Shown: positions 13,429 to 27,200 of the stretch, piece after piece
How positions within the stretch are numbered: position 1 is the stretch's first letter
Layout of the letters: every line of letters begins with the position of its first letter
Assembly: GCA_965655095.1 (NCBI GenBank)
Contig: OZ296653.1
Location: 51,956,001 to 52,020,000, forward strand
Source: Haplodiscus bocki
Lineage: Eukaryota
Length of the DNA stretch: 64,000 nucleotides
Direction: 5' to 3'
The notes under the pieces: generated by a model
Database searches by the model: none
The model's input: only the letters and a program-made list of their open reading frames with translations
Told to the model about the DNA's origin: nothing
Program-made: the position numbers and the translations under genes

Positions 13429-14206
13429 TTGCTTTGTTTTATGAATCAACAGAGAATCAGAAACATGAACAAGAATTTTTTAGTGTTGATAAAAATCCTA
13501 AATTAGAGTCTCCAAGGTTTGTCACGACACGTAAAGCAACATGAACTCCTGGAAAGGACTGTACTTAAAATTGAAGGGTAAAATAAAAAATAAAAGATTC
13601 GAACAATATTGTCTTGATGAATTTGTGCCATTAAAAGAAATTAATTTGACGTTCTTTGATGAAAAAAAATTAGGATTTTACCATCTAATTATTAAATGCG
13701 AGAATGGCGTATTTCAGAACAGACCAAAAAACATAACAGTCTCCAATTTTCTTCCAATGTTAAGCGCGCATGTCATCCATTTCCATTGTACATGTATCTA
13801 CCAAGTCAGACCAGCAGTGTGTGCACAAACAAACATGTTACGTATTAATTTGCAGAACACACCACTAGATGGTGCTAAATATCAACATATCTTCTACTGA
13901 ATGCTTGTGGATATGAATGATCAGCATGTTGCAATTTTAGAGAATGAACGTGACATTAGAATTAGAAGAAATCATCGCCACCTACCTCGGATGTACTGAG
14001 GCTCGTCGGCTAGAACATGATTGGTTAGTTGAATCTGTATAAATTCAGCAAAAAAACTCTTCAGTGCAGTTTTATCAACAATCTATAACCACTCAATCTC
14101 GGTGCAAGTTAAGAAAAATGTATGAAAAAAGTATATACAGCTAAAAGTAAGAGGATCAAAGTAGTGAGAAAATGTGCAAAAATTGAAAGTGCGAAGGTGC
14201 GTTAAC

Positions 14207-14449
14207 CTTGTTGGCATGTGAGTCCAGTGAATCCAGCTTTGCATGAGCAAATGAACCGGTTCCATCCTTCGTAACAGACTCCCTCGTTTTTGCAGACAGT
14301 GTGGTTCTTACAGTTGCTCATCCCAGTATGGGGACATTCCAACTCAATGTGCCCCTGGTGCTCATGTTCTATCATAGACGAGAGGTCAACTATGCCCCCA
14401 TTAAGCTTGAAGTTGCCAAGACAACCGATATAATTGTACCCTCGTTGAC
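14207..14449 (-). CDS. NRXN: Alpha-neurexin-like gene, internal exon (end of LNS3 plus EGF domain)
   Basis: taacag|243 nt|gttaac, phase 1 to 1, in frame with the previous exon. Encodes YIGCLGNFKLNG...CKNEGVCYEGWNRFICSCKAGFTGLTCQQ. The CKNxGxCxxGWNRxxCxC motif is characteristic of alpha-neurexin EGF2. Confidence 0.92.
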
Positions 14450-15670
14450 CTGTTAACAAAAAAATGAAAAAATTTTAGTTTTAGTTATGTCAATCATTTC
14501 TCCTGCTTTTGACAGTTTTTGATAGTGCAGATGGTAAAAATTTTTTAATCGAGCTGTTCTGATTTTTATTCAATTTAAAATTCAATGCTCACAGAAAAGG
14601 GAAGTTTCAGCTAAATAGAATCGCTGAAAATGTAAAGTGGAGCTCCACCCCCCCCCCCCCCCAAAAAAAAAAGAAGAAAAATACGAGAGATGCAGTACAA
14701 GAAAATGAAATTTACATTGAGTAACATGATAAACGGTTAAAATTTGGTGTTCATGGGAAAATATTTATTTACTAAAGCGTCAAAAAATTCGGTTCCACTG
14801 TTTTAGGATCGATAACAAGATTTTCCATGTTTTTGCCTAACTGAAGCATTCCTGACAACACTGCAAAAAATGAGAATTTTGAGGATAATTCAGTTAAACA
14901 TCGGTTGCTACAGAATTTTAGTAGAGCAGCCTTTAGCGTTTGACGTCAATCAAAGAAGGTGTCGAGAAGAGTGAAGCGAAATTTCACTGAGCAAGCGTTT
15001 TTTGCAACGATTACAGGAATTATGAACCGAAATTTAAATGAATGAAAAATGGAAGAACAGAAGGAAAAAGACGTGCGTTGAGCTATTGTAAAAACAGAGC
15101 ACGTAATGTCCACTTTTATCAGTTAGCCATTGTTCTGCGAAAAAAATTTCCAGGTAAACAGAGTTGGACAGTACTCTGTACAAAATGACTAGATCTCAAA
15201 ATCAGAAAATTTCACAAGTTATCCTTCTAAGAAAACAGCACTCACTTTCAGTAGCTCACAGTGTTAATTATAAAGAGATTGGTTTGAAATTCGAGTCCAT
15301 TCATTCTTGAATAATTGCAAACCACATGTCATTGAAAATCTCATTTCTTCCGCTTTTTGAAAATAATTTGCAAAATTTGAGGACAAGTTACATTGCCTCA
15401 TCTTAGTTCATGTACATTGAGTTCAAAGTACACTGCAACTGCTAAAAGCATAATTTACACCAAACGTTCGCTGCTGTCATCTGAGGTCAGCATGACAGAT
15501 CTCTTTAATGTAAGAATCTAAAAAAGATTCTAATTGAATGAATGAAAACTAGAAAAAGGCAAAAATTGACTATAAAAGTGTTTCAGAGATTTTTTGAATT
15601 CTGGTGCGAATTTTCTCAGAAAAAAGCTACCGATCTCAACAGATCTCCGACAAACTTTTTCAACATCCTT

Positions 15671-17023
15671 ACGGTCAATATCAACAAACTACTGAACGTC
15701 ATACTTGCCTCAAAGATCCCAAAATACACCAAGCGCTGGCTCTGCTCCTACCTACAAGGACGCCAGACGTATGTGGAGTTTAGAAACGCCAAGTCCACTC
15801 TTCGCAAAGTGAGAGCAGGTGTACCGCAAGGAGGTGTGCTATCACCCATCTTGTTCAACGCCTACATGTCTGGACTGCCAACAGCACCTGACGGCATCAA
15901 ACTCACATCGTACGCGAACGACTGCACGTCATACGCGTCAGGGCCTACTATTCCCCCGATTTGTGAAAAGCTGAACAGCTAACTGACTACCCTGCATGAG
16001 TGGCTTGAGCAGCATGATCTGGAACTTTCTCCTGGCAAGTCCACGGCAACAGTCTTCACCACCTTCAGTCAGGAAGTGAGCATGTCACTGCCGATTAAAA
16101 TCGGACAGAATACAGTACCGACCACGAAGAACCCGAAGATACTGGGAGTCACCCTGGACAGCCTTCACACATTCAATGCCCACTCCAACAACACTCTCAA
16201 CAAAAAAAGGAAGCGGAACTCCGTGCTGAAGGCTCTCGCTGGTTCGAGCTGGGGAAAAGACAAGGAACCCCTCACAACGACCTACAAGGTCATCTCACGG
16301 CCTGTTGTCAACTATGCCGCCCCAATCTGGACACCAGCACTTCGCGACACTCACTGGAGCAAGCTGCAGGCGGCTTAGAACTCATCTTTACGCATCATCA
16401 CTGGATGCACCAAGATGACACACAACGATGAGCTTCACCGCGAGACGAAACTCCTACCAGTGAAAGAACACAATACGATGCTCTCCAGACAGTTCCTTCT
16501 CCAAACTCACCAGACGAACCACCCCAACCGACAATGGAACCACAAGGACCCACCTCAAAAACTCATGAAGCCGACCTAATCAGCTGCCACCAAGACTCAA
16601 TCGAGCCACTACTGACGAACACCGAAGGATGGTACGAAAGTGGCATCAAGTCGATTCATACCACCGCAGTGAGCAACACCATCAACGGATACGAACCTAA
16701 CAAGGTTTTGCAGACGATACCTCCAGTAATCAGCCCTGACGAGCGGAGACTACCACGAAGCACCAGAAAAACCCTGGTACAGCTCCGAAGTAGCTACTGT
16801 CCTCTTTTGACCTCGTAAATGAGCCGACTGGACCCGAGTGTCAAGAATGCGTGCCCCCTCTGCAAATCCCAACCTCACGACACAGCCCACCTCTTCAGTT
16901 GCCCACAAAGGCCGACCACTCTGGAGGCGACCAGCTTGTGGGAGAACCCGATAGAAGCGGCCCAGTTCCTCAAGCTCATCCCAGACAACTAATCCTCTCA
17001 ACAGCTACAACAACAACAACAAC
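15671..17023 (+). mobile_element. 5'-truncated non-LTR retrotransposon (I-group/Ingi-like LINE), relatively young
   Basis: GC-rich island with RT motifs GVPQGGVLSPILFN, YANDC (YADD variant), KILGVTLD and LKALAGSSWG, a C-terminal CPLCKSQPHDTAHLFSC zinc finger and a (CAA)n tail. Inactivated by stops at 15980, 16376 and 16816 and a frameshift near 16560. Confidence 0.92.
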
Positions 17024-17949
17024 CAGAGTATTTAAACGTCTTTTGCATTTTTATCTACTTCTACAACAAAAAGCTTACCTTTTATACTGTTATTCTCAAA
17101 ACTGATCTTCAAAGAAAAATTTTAAGCAATTCTTATTGGAAAAATCTGAAAACCTAGCATTTTATTCGAGCTCCGAGCGAAAACATTTGGGCGGCTCTTC
17201 GGCTGGTGTTCCCAAAAAGGATTTCTACATGTGCAGCCGAACATTTCTAGTCAGAAGACGTTACTCGGAGACTCGAAAGTTTTGAGCGAAGAAATTTTTC
17301 GCTGACGTTGTCAAAATCGCATTCTACTGTCCAAAGAATATTGAGAGCGAATATTTTTTTGGCAATTTGGCAGGTGAGACGGCCACAATTGGCAAATCAC
17401 TGAAGAAAAAATTATATAAACTGAGCTGATGAGTTTCTTTTTATAACAAAAAGAGTTTCTCATGGTAACGGAAACAAAAACATCAAATGTTATGTTCTTT
17501 TCAATGGATTCTTTAACAGACGGAATTGCAGAATGTACAAAAAATGATTTTTCTCAATATCAAATTCATTTTAATTTAAAATCACACGTTGGATTTTCTT
17601 CATCGAAACATCAACCAACCGCTGTCAGCTCGTAGCATAAAATCAAACAAGATTGTCATTCTTTTTGCTCATTGGATGCAAAAACTGAGAGACCGAGACA
17701 ACAAGAAAATCCTAATGGAAAAGACTTCCTTCAATAGGGCGACTAGTAACAACACTTCTTGATAAACAAGCTTAACTTTCGCCTAAACCACAGTCAGACT
17801 TTTTTCCACCAAGGTATGAATTACCGAAATTCTGGTTTTGAGGTATTTTTAAAAATCAATTCCTTGGTTTAGCGTTTATCACCGGAATCCAAGTTTCTGG
17901 AAAAGCCAAATTTTTTACTTAGTTTTATTTCTCTTAGTTCTACAGACTC

Positions 17950-18900
17950 TTTTTTCTCTCCTCCGTTTCTTCCGACTCTAACTCGTTATTCAACATGACT
18001 ATCAGCAGCGTTTCATTTGTATTTATTTTTTCTATTAAAATTATCATTTTTTCCTTTCCTCAGATTGAAAGTTTTGAGCCAAAAATGCCAAATTGCTTAG
18101 AAGTGATGATGTTGTTTTTCATTGATAATTGACCTCATCAATCTCAAAAAATATACGCCGGAGTACTCTCATCAAGATCTTGTTGGACAATGTTCTTCTT
18201 GCAGAAGATACTTCGATGGAAAGACAGCCGATTTCGCTCGGCATAATCGAAACATGGGTCTGTCGAATTTGTCATAAGTGGGATTGCTAAAGGTGTTTCT
18301 CGAAAATCAAACCCATATTACACCAATACTAATGTCTTGATTTTTTCCAATATTATTCAGATGGTATCTTTTCAAGGCCTTCGAGAATCAGATTGTCCAA
18401 TTAAATTCTGGCATTGGATTTTCGACAGGAAACAAGAGGCAAAAACTCCAATTTCTTTGTTTTTCTCCGATGTTCCAACTCATGATTCTTTAATTGTATC
18501 GACTTTGTTTCTTTTATCAAGGTCGAAAAAGACAGCATTTTATGGTTAAAGAAAAAGTCATTCAACATGAAAGGTCTTCAAACATGTACTCGTGAAAAGT
18601 CAAAAGTGCCATAATTAGGCTTGAGTTTCGATTTTTCTCTATGTTTAAATCAAAGATTCTTCGGTTCAATCAACCTAAAATCTTCCATTAAATCGTCAAC
18701 CCACAAATTCCCCTGCGTACAACGGTAAAAATAAAAACGCCCGTTCACTTACTTGTCTTGTCACGATGTCATTGTAGGCTGAAATTTGAGAGAACTGCAA
18801 TAGGTATTGATTTGTCTAGCCTTTCAAACACATTCTCATCGAACCTACGGAGTGGGCGTGAGTTTTTGAGGCAAAGTCTCCCAGTACTTTTCCATTTGTT
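17950..18900 (-). mobile_element. Possible Polinton/Maverick protein-primed polB relic
   Basis: Broken minus-strand frames give VRRGICG (~18710), LMTNS (~18270) and EYSGVYFFEI (~18150), in the order of the pPolB motifs IRGG, KLxxNS and YVGxxILE. Confidence 0.3.
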
Positions 18901-19039
18901 ATGAAAGTATTTTAGGATATTGTCAAAAATTTCGTCCTCCCGAATCTAAAAGCCGGTAGGCCGAAATTTTAAAGTCAATTTTTCAGTAACTACGGAGCCG
19001 ATTTTTTCAACAAGTTCCTTTTAGGCACCACTTTTTCTG

Positions 19040-19885
19040 TAAAAGGGCCCTTGTTATTTTTCACCGCATATGTAATATGCAAGAAAAATTAATCATTCAG
19101 TACAGTGTACAGTGGGGTCAAATTTCTTTTTTTTTCAGTGCAAAACTGCCAACTCTTTTTATTCAAAAATAAATGACAGCAGTAGGGTTAGGACAACGGC
19201 GTTCTCAAGCAGTAGGTTTGGGGTTCGAGTCTCTGTCGTGCCAAACTTTTTTACGATTTATCCCTAACATTTTTCGATACCCGAATTTATTGAATTACTA
19301 AAGGCTTCACCTAGGAACATTTTCGGGACTGTGAGACAAAAAGTTTTCGACGTAGAATCTTGATACCCCCCTCTTTTCCAAACTTTTTCGGTACCCGAAA
19401 ATACTGCAACAGTAAAGGATTCCCCTTCGAAAATTTTCAGCACTGTGAGACAAATAATTTTTGACGGAAAATCTTGATACTCCCCCCCCTTTTTATCCAT
19501 AAACTTTTTTGCTACCGGAAATTTTCTGAAACACGGCACAGAAGGGTTCCTCTACTAAATTTTTCGATACTGTGAGACAAAAAAGTTTCGACAGTAAATC
19601 GTGACATAACCCTCTGAAGCATAAACTTTTTCGATACCAGAAAATTTCTGAAACACCAAAGGGTTCCCCTACGAAGTGTTTCGGTATTGTGAGACAAAAC
19701 AATTTCGACGGAAAATCGTGATACCCTTTTGCATAAAGTGCAGAAATCAGTGTCCAAACCGATGTTTAATAAAACTCTTTGAAAACTAATATAAAAACAG
19801 TAGTTTTGTTTTCAACCGTTTGCAAAAGTTGATCAAAATATTTGTAGTTGGGCGAAAAATATGCTGGTGCTAGCCGGCCGTCTCG
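19040..19885 (+). mobile_element. Non-autonomous Helitron-like element, subfamily A (tRNA-like head plus ~60/120-bp tandem array)
   Basis: Homologous over its length to 28800-29917. Has repeated ttttcggcactgtgagacaaaaa...cgacggaaaatcgtgata units and ends gctggtgctagccggccgtctcg (GC hairpin plus CTNG). Confidence 0.7.
19175..19243 (+). ncRNA. tRNA-derived (SINE-head-like) segment inside a subfamily A element
   Basis: B-box GGTTCGAGTC at 19222-19231 and 3' end ...cgtgCCA. The cloverleaf is degenerate, so it is not a functional tRNA. Confidence 0.5.
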
Positions 19886-20562
19886 TTATATCTTTATTTT
19901 GTCTTTAGTTTATTGGATTGCGGAACTGACAAGTCAAATACTCTGAAATTTGTAAATAGTTATCAATTTTGGAGATTTTCCTCTTTGTTTTCCCCAAAAC
20001 TGTCGCATGGATCTATTGAATTGATTTCTCAATCGAAAAATTCTTTTTTGCAGAAGGTATTTCGATAGTGGGATCTTTGCTTTTGTGACTGACAGAGAAA
20101 ACCAAGCAGGCAGAATTTGCCAGAAGCAGCAATTAATGGTGATTGTATCGGGTATTCTAACTTATGTTCCGAAAAACTATTTATTGGATTTTCTCGAACA
20201 ATGCATGCCTTTGTCGACATCTGTCAGTAGACAATCAATACTACAACGGTTCTTTCAGTCTCATTGGAAACGTCACAATTTGAAGCTAAACTGCGGTTGG
20301 AATTGGATGATCTTTCTTTCAATACTGCCTTTTAGCCAAAATGCAGGAATTTTTGTTAAATTAATTCGATTCATTTCCGATCAACCATTTCTGACCCGCC
20401 GTGGACGGAAAATATCCCAGCGCCGCTGCGTTTCTTGTTGATACTTCTGTTCAGGAGTTTAAATGATTAAGATCAGTTCAGTACTGTATTGGTTGTAGAT
20501 TTTTTTCACTGTAAATTTTTGAGAGAACCTCGGTCAGCTAATGCTTTCATTACATCACATAC

Positions 20563-20762
20563 CAGCCCACATCTGTTGGGGGATCGAATATCGGTCGTTA
20601 ACAGGATTAGTCTGCACGCCTCCAACATAGAGGGGGCCTTCTAAGTCAAGAGAATTGGCAAAGAGCTGAACAGATGTGAGTTTGGTGTCTAGTCTGAATG
20701 ATAAAGAGCCTCCAAGTCTGATTATTGACACATCGTGCCACAAACTGTCCGTGACTCGAGCA
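20563..20762 (-). CDS. NRXN: Alpha-neurexin-like gene, internal exon (LNS3 continuation)
   Basis: ttttag|200 nt|gtatgt, phase 2 to 1, in frame with the previous exon. Encodes ARVTDSLWHDVSIIRLGGSLSFRLD...LDLEGPLYVGG...IPQQMWA, with the laminin-G motifs DxxWHxV and LYVGG (cf. neurexin LDLDDELYLGG...FPTEVWTA). Confidence 0.9.
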
Positions 20763-22218
20763 CTAAAACAAAAGATAAACCTTTAATGATATTTATTTGG
20801 AACAAGAACAAGACCAGGTTTACCAATTAGATATTATTCCGTTAAGTCGTCGACTGGGTTGACAGCCAATATGCAAAATCATAATCGATGATCAGTTGCT
20901 TCACTTAGGAAAAAAAGGATAACTTATCCAAATTCACTTATTTTTAATGAAAGGTTTTTAGCCATGGCCAAAATGTTGTCCTGTATAAAACACTGTCATC
21001 CTGCATGCTGTCAATTATCATAACTCCATGACAACTCATGTTTCGTGTCTTTATTATGTCCAAAAACTACCAAAAAGTGAAAGCACATGTTTCATGATGT
21101 CAGTAATGATAAGGAGCACCGAATTAACGACTATGCACACCAACGCAACAAAACCGTATGCCAATAAATTTTGGTAGCACTACGTCAATAATTTAACAAA
21201 TGCTTTCGAGGGCTCCGAGCAATAGTTAGCAAGCCCTTTCCTGAAGTTTCACTACATATACTTTTTTTTGCGTGACTGCCAAACTTTTGGCTGTCAAAAC
21301 ATATATATTTGCAATTAAGCATCCAAGCTGTAGTTTTCTTGGTGCCCACGTAAAATTTCTGAATGGGTTTTTACTTGATGGGAAAACTTTCGCTGAATTA
21401 ATAACCAAAACGATTCAGCGCTTTTGATCATTTTAAGTCAGATTATGTTAACACCATCTCACATGAGCACCACTGATAACCGAAATAAGTAGAATGAGGT
21501 AAAAAAATAAATTGAAACATTGAATACAGAGGCGAAGCGGAACTTCGCAACACATTCTGCTTCGTCAGTCAAGATCAAAGATCAAGTTTAGACGTCAAAG
21601 GTCCTGACATTTGAACCTTGATCGGATGCATGGTTGACATTTGTAGGAAAATGGGACTTGAGGTATATCAAGAGATTGTTCGAAAAAGTCAATTGTTCGA
21701 CAAGTCTTTTTCACGTTGTCTAATACTCGAAAAGTTGATCTGTCAATCATGTCTTTTGAGATTCTCCATTTTGCCGCCCAATTTTCAAAATATTTACACA
21801 TTAAGCAAACGCAAAATGAACAATACTAGGTGTCCCAGAACGCTACATGTAAAATACTTAGAGCTCTCAAAATGGCTAATATTAGTCAAAAAGGTTTCAG
21901 AACACCTCAATAAGTTTTCTATCTCACCTGTCAATGATGAGGAATTGTGACTTGTTGGCAACATCAAAAAAATGCATAATTGCTGTGAAATACACCTAGT
22001 TTACTTTTTGAGAAACATGTTTAAAAGAGACACGACCCCCTCGCTGTCAAAAAGTTTAGAAACTCTCAAGAAACAAGTCCCCCAAAAAATAATTGTATTC
22101 GACCCAAAGTTAGTATTTACATTCAATCAACAAAAATGTAATGGCAAATTATATCTACTTACGGAGCTATTTTGAGAAACACTTCACTTATTAAATTCAC
22201 TGGGATTGGCTGCTGAAA

Positions 22219-22730
22219 CGAAACTGCCGGCTACCAACAGCATATTTTGGGCCTTCCCATTTTTGTACAGAAGGCATTCAAAAAATAAGATGAAAACTTT
22301 TTTTCGAAAAAACACTGTTTCTTCATCATATTTTCTAGTTTTTCCAACGTTCGAGTTTTTTTGATTTTGCGCCAAAAAACTTCATAATTAGAGTTGAAAA
22401 GACATTTCTAGGAAATAATACCATTTGATACGCATTCTAGAGGAAATTTGCTGCTTTTAGCGATTTTGAAAAAAAATCAATTTTTTTTCATCAAAAAACC
22501 CATCTATTTTTTTCAGAAAAGACCCAAAATTTGAACGTTTTGAGAAATCTTACTATTTCAGTTGCATTCTACGCCAAGTTTGCTAGAATGTGGTGAACAA
22601 AATTTCACGTTCAGAAACGTGAACAAACTGCCGATGTGGCGTGAACGCAAATTGCAAACATCGGGTAAAAAACGTTCCATTTGGAAGGAAGATTTTGCTT
22701 TCATATTATAAATGATATGGCGCAAAATAA
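22219..22730 (-). mobile_element. Non-autonomous Helitron-like element, subfamily B (no central array)
   Basis: Inverted terminus gccggctaccaacagcat and internal ccatttgatacgcattcta, shared with 53420, 46600, 61135 and 42055. Confidence 0.65.
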
Positions 22731-24131
22731 CAAAATTTTCATACATGTAAAAACGCTTGCTGAACTTTCTAGTCCATCTACAAGTTCATGAAACGAAAAA
22801 TCTAATTGCACTCTTAATTTCTCCGGCTCAGGCATCAGTGCAAACATGACCATTAATTTTTCACCCGTTATTTGAAAATTCAACAATTTTTTAAAGGAAC
22901 ATTGAGCGTCAAATAACCAGAAAAATAGGAGCAATTTGAAGCCAAAATGTGTAAAAGACTAAGAACAATGGCATGCCAAATTCAACCAAAGTTTCTTATA
23001 AAATAAACCGAGTGTAAGTGTAAACAACTTTCATAAACTGCATCTAAATTTTCACAATTTGAGGGACTCATATTCAAAACATTGGAAGATGTTACGGTTT
23101 AAAATGCTGTTGTTCATTTTGCAGACCACTGTTCAAAAACCTTGCACTTTCAGAACGCGAAAATTATTCAAGTCCTTGCCAAGATGGTTCAAAACAGACC
23201 TTTTTGACCGAATACATTAGATGATTAGCTCCCTGATGATGTCACAAAATGGAATTTTGGACAGGATAAAAAAAGTATTCATAAGCTGGTCTTGTCTCCA
23301 ATCTACATTTTTTTCAGTCAGAATGTGTAAAAAATATGAGATGTTTGTAATAATTACTTTGTATGAAAATATTAACGAATTTCACCTTCACAGAGTTTTT
23401 GAATCTACCACGAGGGTAATCTAGATCCAAGACCAAAGTGTTCAGTTGACGGGGTTGTTGCGATAGTTTTACCCGGGTAGAGGTTGAACATCACAACCCT
23501 GAGATCCAATCTTTGTGAATTTAGTATATTCAATTTACAATGTGATGTCATATTTACAACATACGGATGACAGTTTTTCAACCAACATTGACAATTTATT
23601 CAAATTGAGACGCGAAATTTAATGGAAAAAAGTTTGTTGAATTGTGGGAGTGTACTGAATCCAATTTTTTTAAAAACTTGGATATTGACGATCCTTTGAT
23701 AGGTTTTTCCAGAAAATGTTTTCCAAAATTGTATCTGGAACACGTTATAGTACTTTAGCAGCGCTCTTTCTCTAAAATATCACCGGCATTCTTTGGCAAA
23801 TGTCCTCCGATCTTGATTTTTTTTAAAGAAATTGCTTCGGTAATAGAATGACTGCGGCGGCGTTGGTGGATGTATCGACGATCGAGGGAAAATACAATAT
23901 CTTCAAGAAAAAATTCGACCTTGGTAAGACCGTTAATCGGTGAATAAAGAGGAACATCTGAAAATTCCGAAAATTAGTTTTGAAATAAGAGTCAGATTTG
24001 AAATAACTTTGAAAGACGCATGGAAATTCCATGAGAAATTTTTTGAGCTGGGAAGGCATATATTTTATTGAAATACCAATTTGAAACAAAATTGTTAAGT
24101 TATTCAAGCTGAAGAGTTCAGCTCAACTTAC

Positions 24132-24284
24132 CCTTGTGGGGCTTCTATTTTGTGTCGAGTGACATTTCCTTCGCCTGTGTCGGCTGCAAAGTAGACATAG
24201 CCATCAAACAGTTCGATTCCGAAGAAGTCTGTCGTTTTGAGACCCCCGTCGTTGAATAGCAACACTCCAAAAGGCTCGTTCGTT
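24132..24284 (-). CDS. NRXN: Alpha-neurexin-like gene, internal exon (LNS/laminin-G domain, LNS3-like)
   Basis: Minus strand tttcag|exon|gtaagt, phase 2 to 2. Encodes TNEPFGVLLFNDGGLKTTDFFGIELFDGYVYFAADTGEGNVTRHKIEAPQG, which resembles neurexin LNS3 (TTEPNGLILF...[21 protein letters not shown]). Confidence 0.88.
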
Positions 24285-27200
24285 CTGAAACAGGCTGAGT
24301 GAAGGTCAGCACAAGTCAATATCGATGCATCCAATACTGGTTTGTTCGAGCGACACCTTTTTTTGAAACTATTTCTTCCATTGACCATCCTCCTTGTAAG
24401 TCAAGAACCTTTTTAAATCCAAAGCTGGTAATGTTTCAGCAATGTTTAGTCACGCAGAGACTGTTTAATTTCAGATATTTTAATTTCTAACAAGTGCCTT
24501 GAAATGAAATTTTATGCCTTAACGAGAAATATTGAATGAAGAAAATTCATGAAACATTGTTGGGCAAATGATATTGATCAAATAAATTTTCACCACTCTT
24601 AAGCACCTATAATTCCTCTGTTGGGAGAAAAGTAATCAAATATTTGAAGAAGAATTTTCGTTGGCAAGGATTCCCTTATTGCTTTTTGATGCAACCATCT
24701 AATTTGTGAAAATACACCACTTGCGTGGTTATCAAACAAGGTCCCACCCACTAATCATGACAGAATTTTGTTATAATCTGAAATGCTGTACTGTGTTCTA
24801 TACAAAATGTCAATTTTCGGAAAAAAGCAGTAGCGTGTATCAATGAAAAATGTTATTCAAGAAATTGGAACGCCTACTTGTCCCAAAAGGGTTCAACCCA
24901 GTTTTAATGCAATAAAGGCGAAGTAAATTTTCGAAAATGATTGCTTTTTAAACATTACAAAATAGGCCTTAAGGTGTTTAAGGCAAAAGTCGTGGAGATC
25001 TAAGGAGTTCGGCGAAATACGCCACGTCCATGGACGACATTGATTCCAAGCATGGGCCAGATCACATCACGAAATGAGCTACCAAAACACACGGAGAACA
25101 GAAAAACTTCGTAAATTCTTGAAAGTGACTAACAGAAGCGGTCTTTTTTGGCAGCAAAAAAAGTAATTTCAAAGTGTCATGTGATTGCGGCGGCATAACT
25201 AAAGCCCAGCCCAAGAACCACATAGGCCGTACCACGAAACGCAATCTTTATTGAAATGACGTAAAAAGTCGAAAAATAAAAAAAAATGAAAGTTCAGATA
25301 AATTTTGCTGAACAATGGGCAGAAAATTTTTTGTGTCAACCATGTAACCGACAACGGTACGAAAGGCAAACTTTTCATTGATTCTTACGGGTTTAACTTC
25401 GAGTGATTTCAATAGATGGCTAATCGATTCCTCTCGATCTCAATTGATGAACAATCGATTTAAATTGATTATATTAAGTACTTTTTCTGAAAAAACTACA
25501 CCTCTGGAAAAAATCCCCGGGAATTTTTTCAGTTGATAGACAGAGCTCTACTGCAGAGAAAACACTGAAAATGAAAAATTTCGCCGACAAAAAATTTTTT
25601 ATTACCATTGGATCTTAGGATTTCATCTTCAAGTTGGATATCTTTTGACCTTTTCCGCAGCGAAAGTATCACACTTTAGGAGCGATGCGCTGCTTCTTTG
25701 CGATTAGAGCACAAATATCGAACATTGCTGTAGTATCAGGGCTTCGTTTTTGCAAAGGTTTATAACGAGTATTTTTCAAACTTTCAGATACAGCAAAGCT
25801 ATGAATATTGAGAGTGTTTACTATCAAAACCTTGATGCTGTTCAACAGATGAGAAAAATGCGTCTGTCATATATGCATAAATCATCCAATATTATTTATC
25901 GGTTGCAGACTGAAAAAAAATTCTGACGAAAAAATTTTGATGAATTTTTTTTCGAAAATACGTTAACGTAACGTCAAAATTAATTCATTATAAAAGAACA
26001 CTGCATTATGATTAGTTGCAGGGCACTAGTAAACCTAAGAGATTGCAACCGATGGCGAATGGATGGAAATTAATTTCATCGATGGGAAACCTTGCAATTC
26101 ATTTTTTCTATATCGACGTTACACCCGGTGTCTTTGGCGCAATCCATTTTGTTCAAAATCTGTGGTAACTTCATCAGTTTTGCAACTGCTGAAAATCGCG
26201 CAAAAAGGTGCTCAAAAAGAACAATTGTATTGTTTACTGATATTCAGACATTAAATTATTGATTGTACTAAGAAAACATTCTCTGTTACCACTTTCACAT
26301 TTTTGAAAAAGCCCAAAAACCTGAATTTTCTGATATTTTGTAAGATTTTCAATTATTTGACTAAAAAATCCCACAAACCTGAAACATGAAGATTATGCTG
26401 ATTTACGACCCATTGGAACCACAAAAAAGACCATGCAGAAACTTGGGTTTGTTTCCTCTAACTGCTACATCATTTGCATCACTTTTTCAAAGAAAATCTG
26501 GATTTTCATTTTTTCACAGAAATACTTAAAGACAACACTGGTGAGGAATTGAACTTGCTGAAATTTCCAGAGCTACAAAGCTTGAACTTTTTTATTACCA
26601 CAAAGTTGAGAAAAAAAGAGTACCTTGATGATAGCATAAATTTTATTCTGTTATCTAGTGTAAATGAAAGTTATATTTGAGGTAAGTTGTTTGGTGTTAC
26701 TGAACGTTCAATATCGAACATTATATTTGTTTTCAAAAACTAAAAGTGTCTAATCATGACTTTTTCCACCAAATTTGAACTTCGCGCGTTATATGGTCGA
26801 CAATACCCTGAGAGATAGATTTTTGTAACATGGCGTGCAATCAAATTCCTTCCAGAATAATCTAAAATAAATAAAAATACAACGTTTTTCAAAGTTCATC
26901 ATGCTTTTTTCCCTTTATAATCGGGGAGAATTTTTCTGCAGCATTTTTGCAACTCAAGTGTCAAATTAAAGCTTTGCATAGAAAAGTACTGTTAAAAAAT
27001 CAAGTTTGTGTAACTGGATAGCATGACTTTTGCTGGTTAAGATCTATCCAGTCCAACTTGAAACAAAAAAAAACTCTTTGAGATCTAAAAGCTCACATGC
27101 TTGTTGACTTCTGGCTAGCCAGCACATTCTATATCTTGTTGTAAGGTTGAAGTGGCCTTTGACCGACCTCCAACAAACGCAATAAAAAATTGGCGAATAA

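Noticed and set aside
13541-13900. 119-aa plus-strand ORF (and the 149-aa ORF at 45155-45604)
   Set aside because: No recognisable motif, codon bias or splice context. Lengths like these can occur by chance or come from transposon debris.
17425-17480. Other CTGATGA motifs (17426, 34248, 51801, and minus strand ~39960) as hammerheads
   Set aside because: None has a stem II followed by GAAA.
19260-19760. ORFs across the subfamily A arrays (also 29201-29858), and a superficially CRISPR-like periodicity
   Set aside because: The whole units are repeated with no unique spacers, there are no cas genes, and the context is eukaryotic. The ORFs are by-products of the repeat.
24285-24388. N-terminal extension MVNGRNSF... 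of ORF 24128-24388
   Set aside because: No LNS similarity upstream of the tttcag acceptor, so it is intron read-through.
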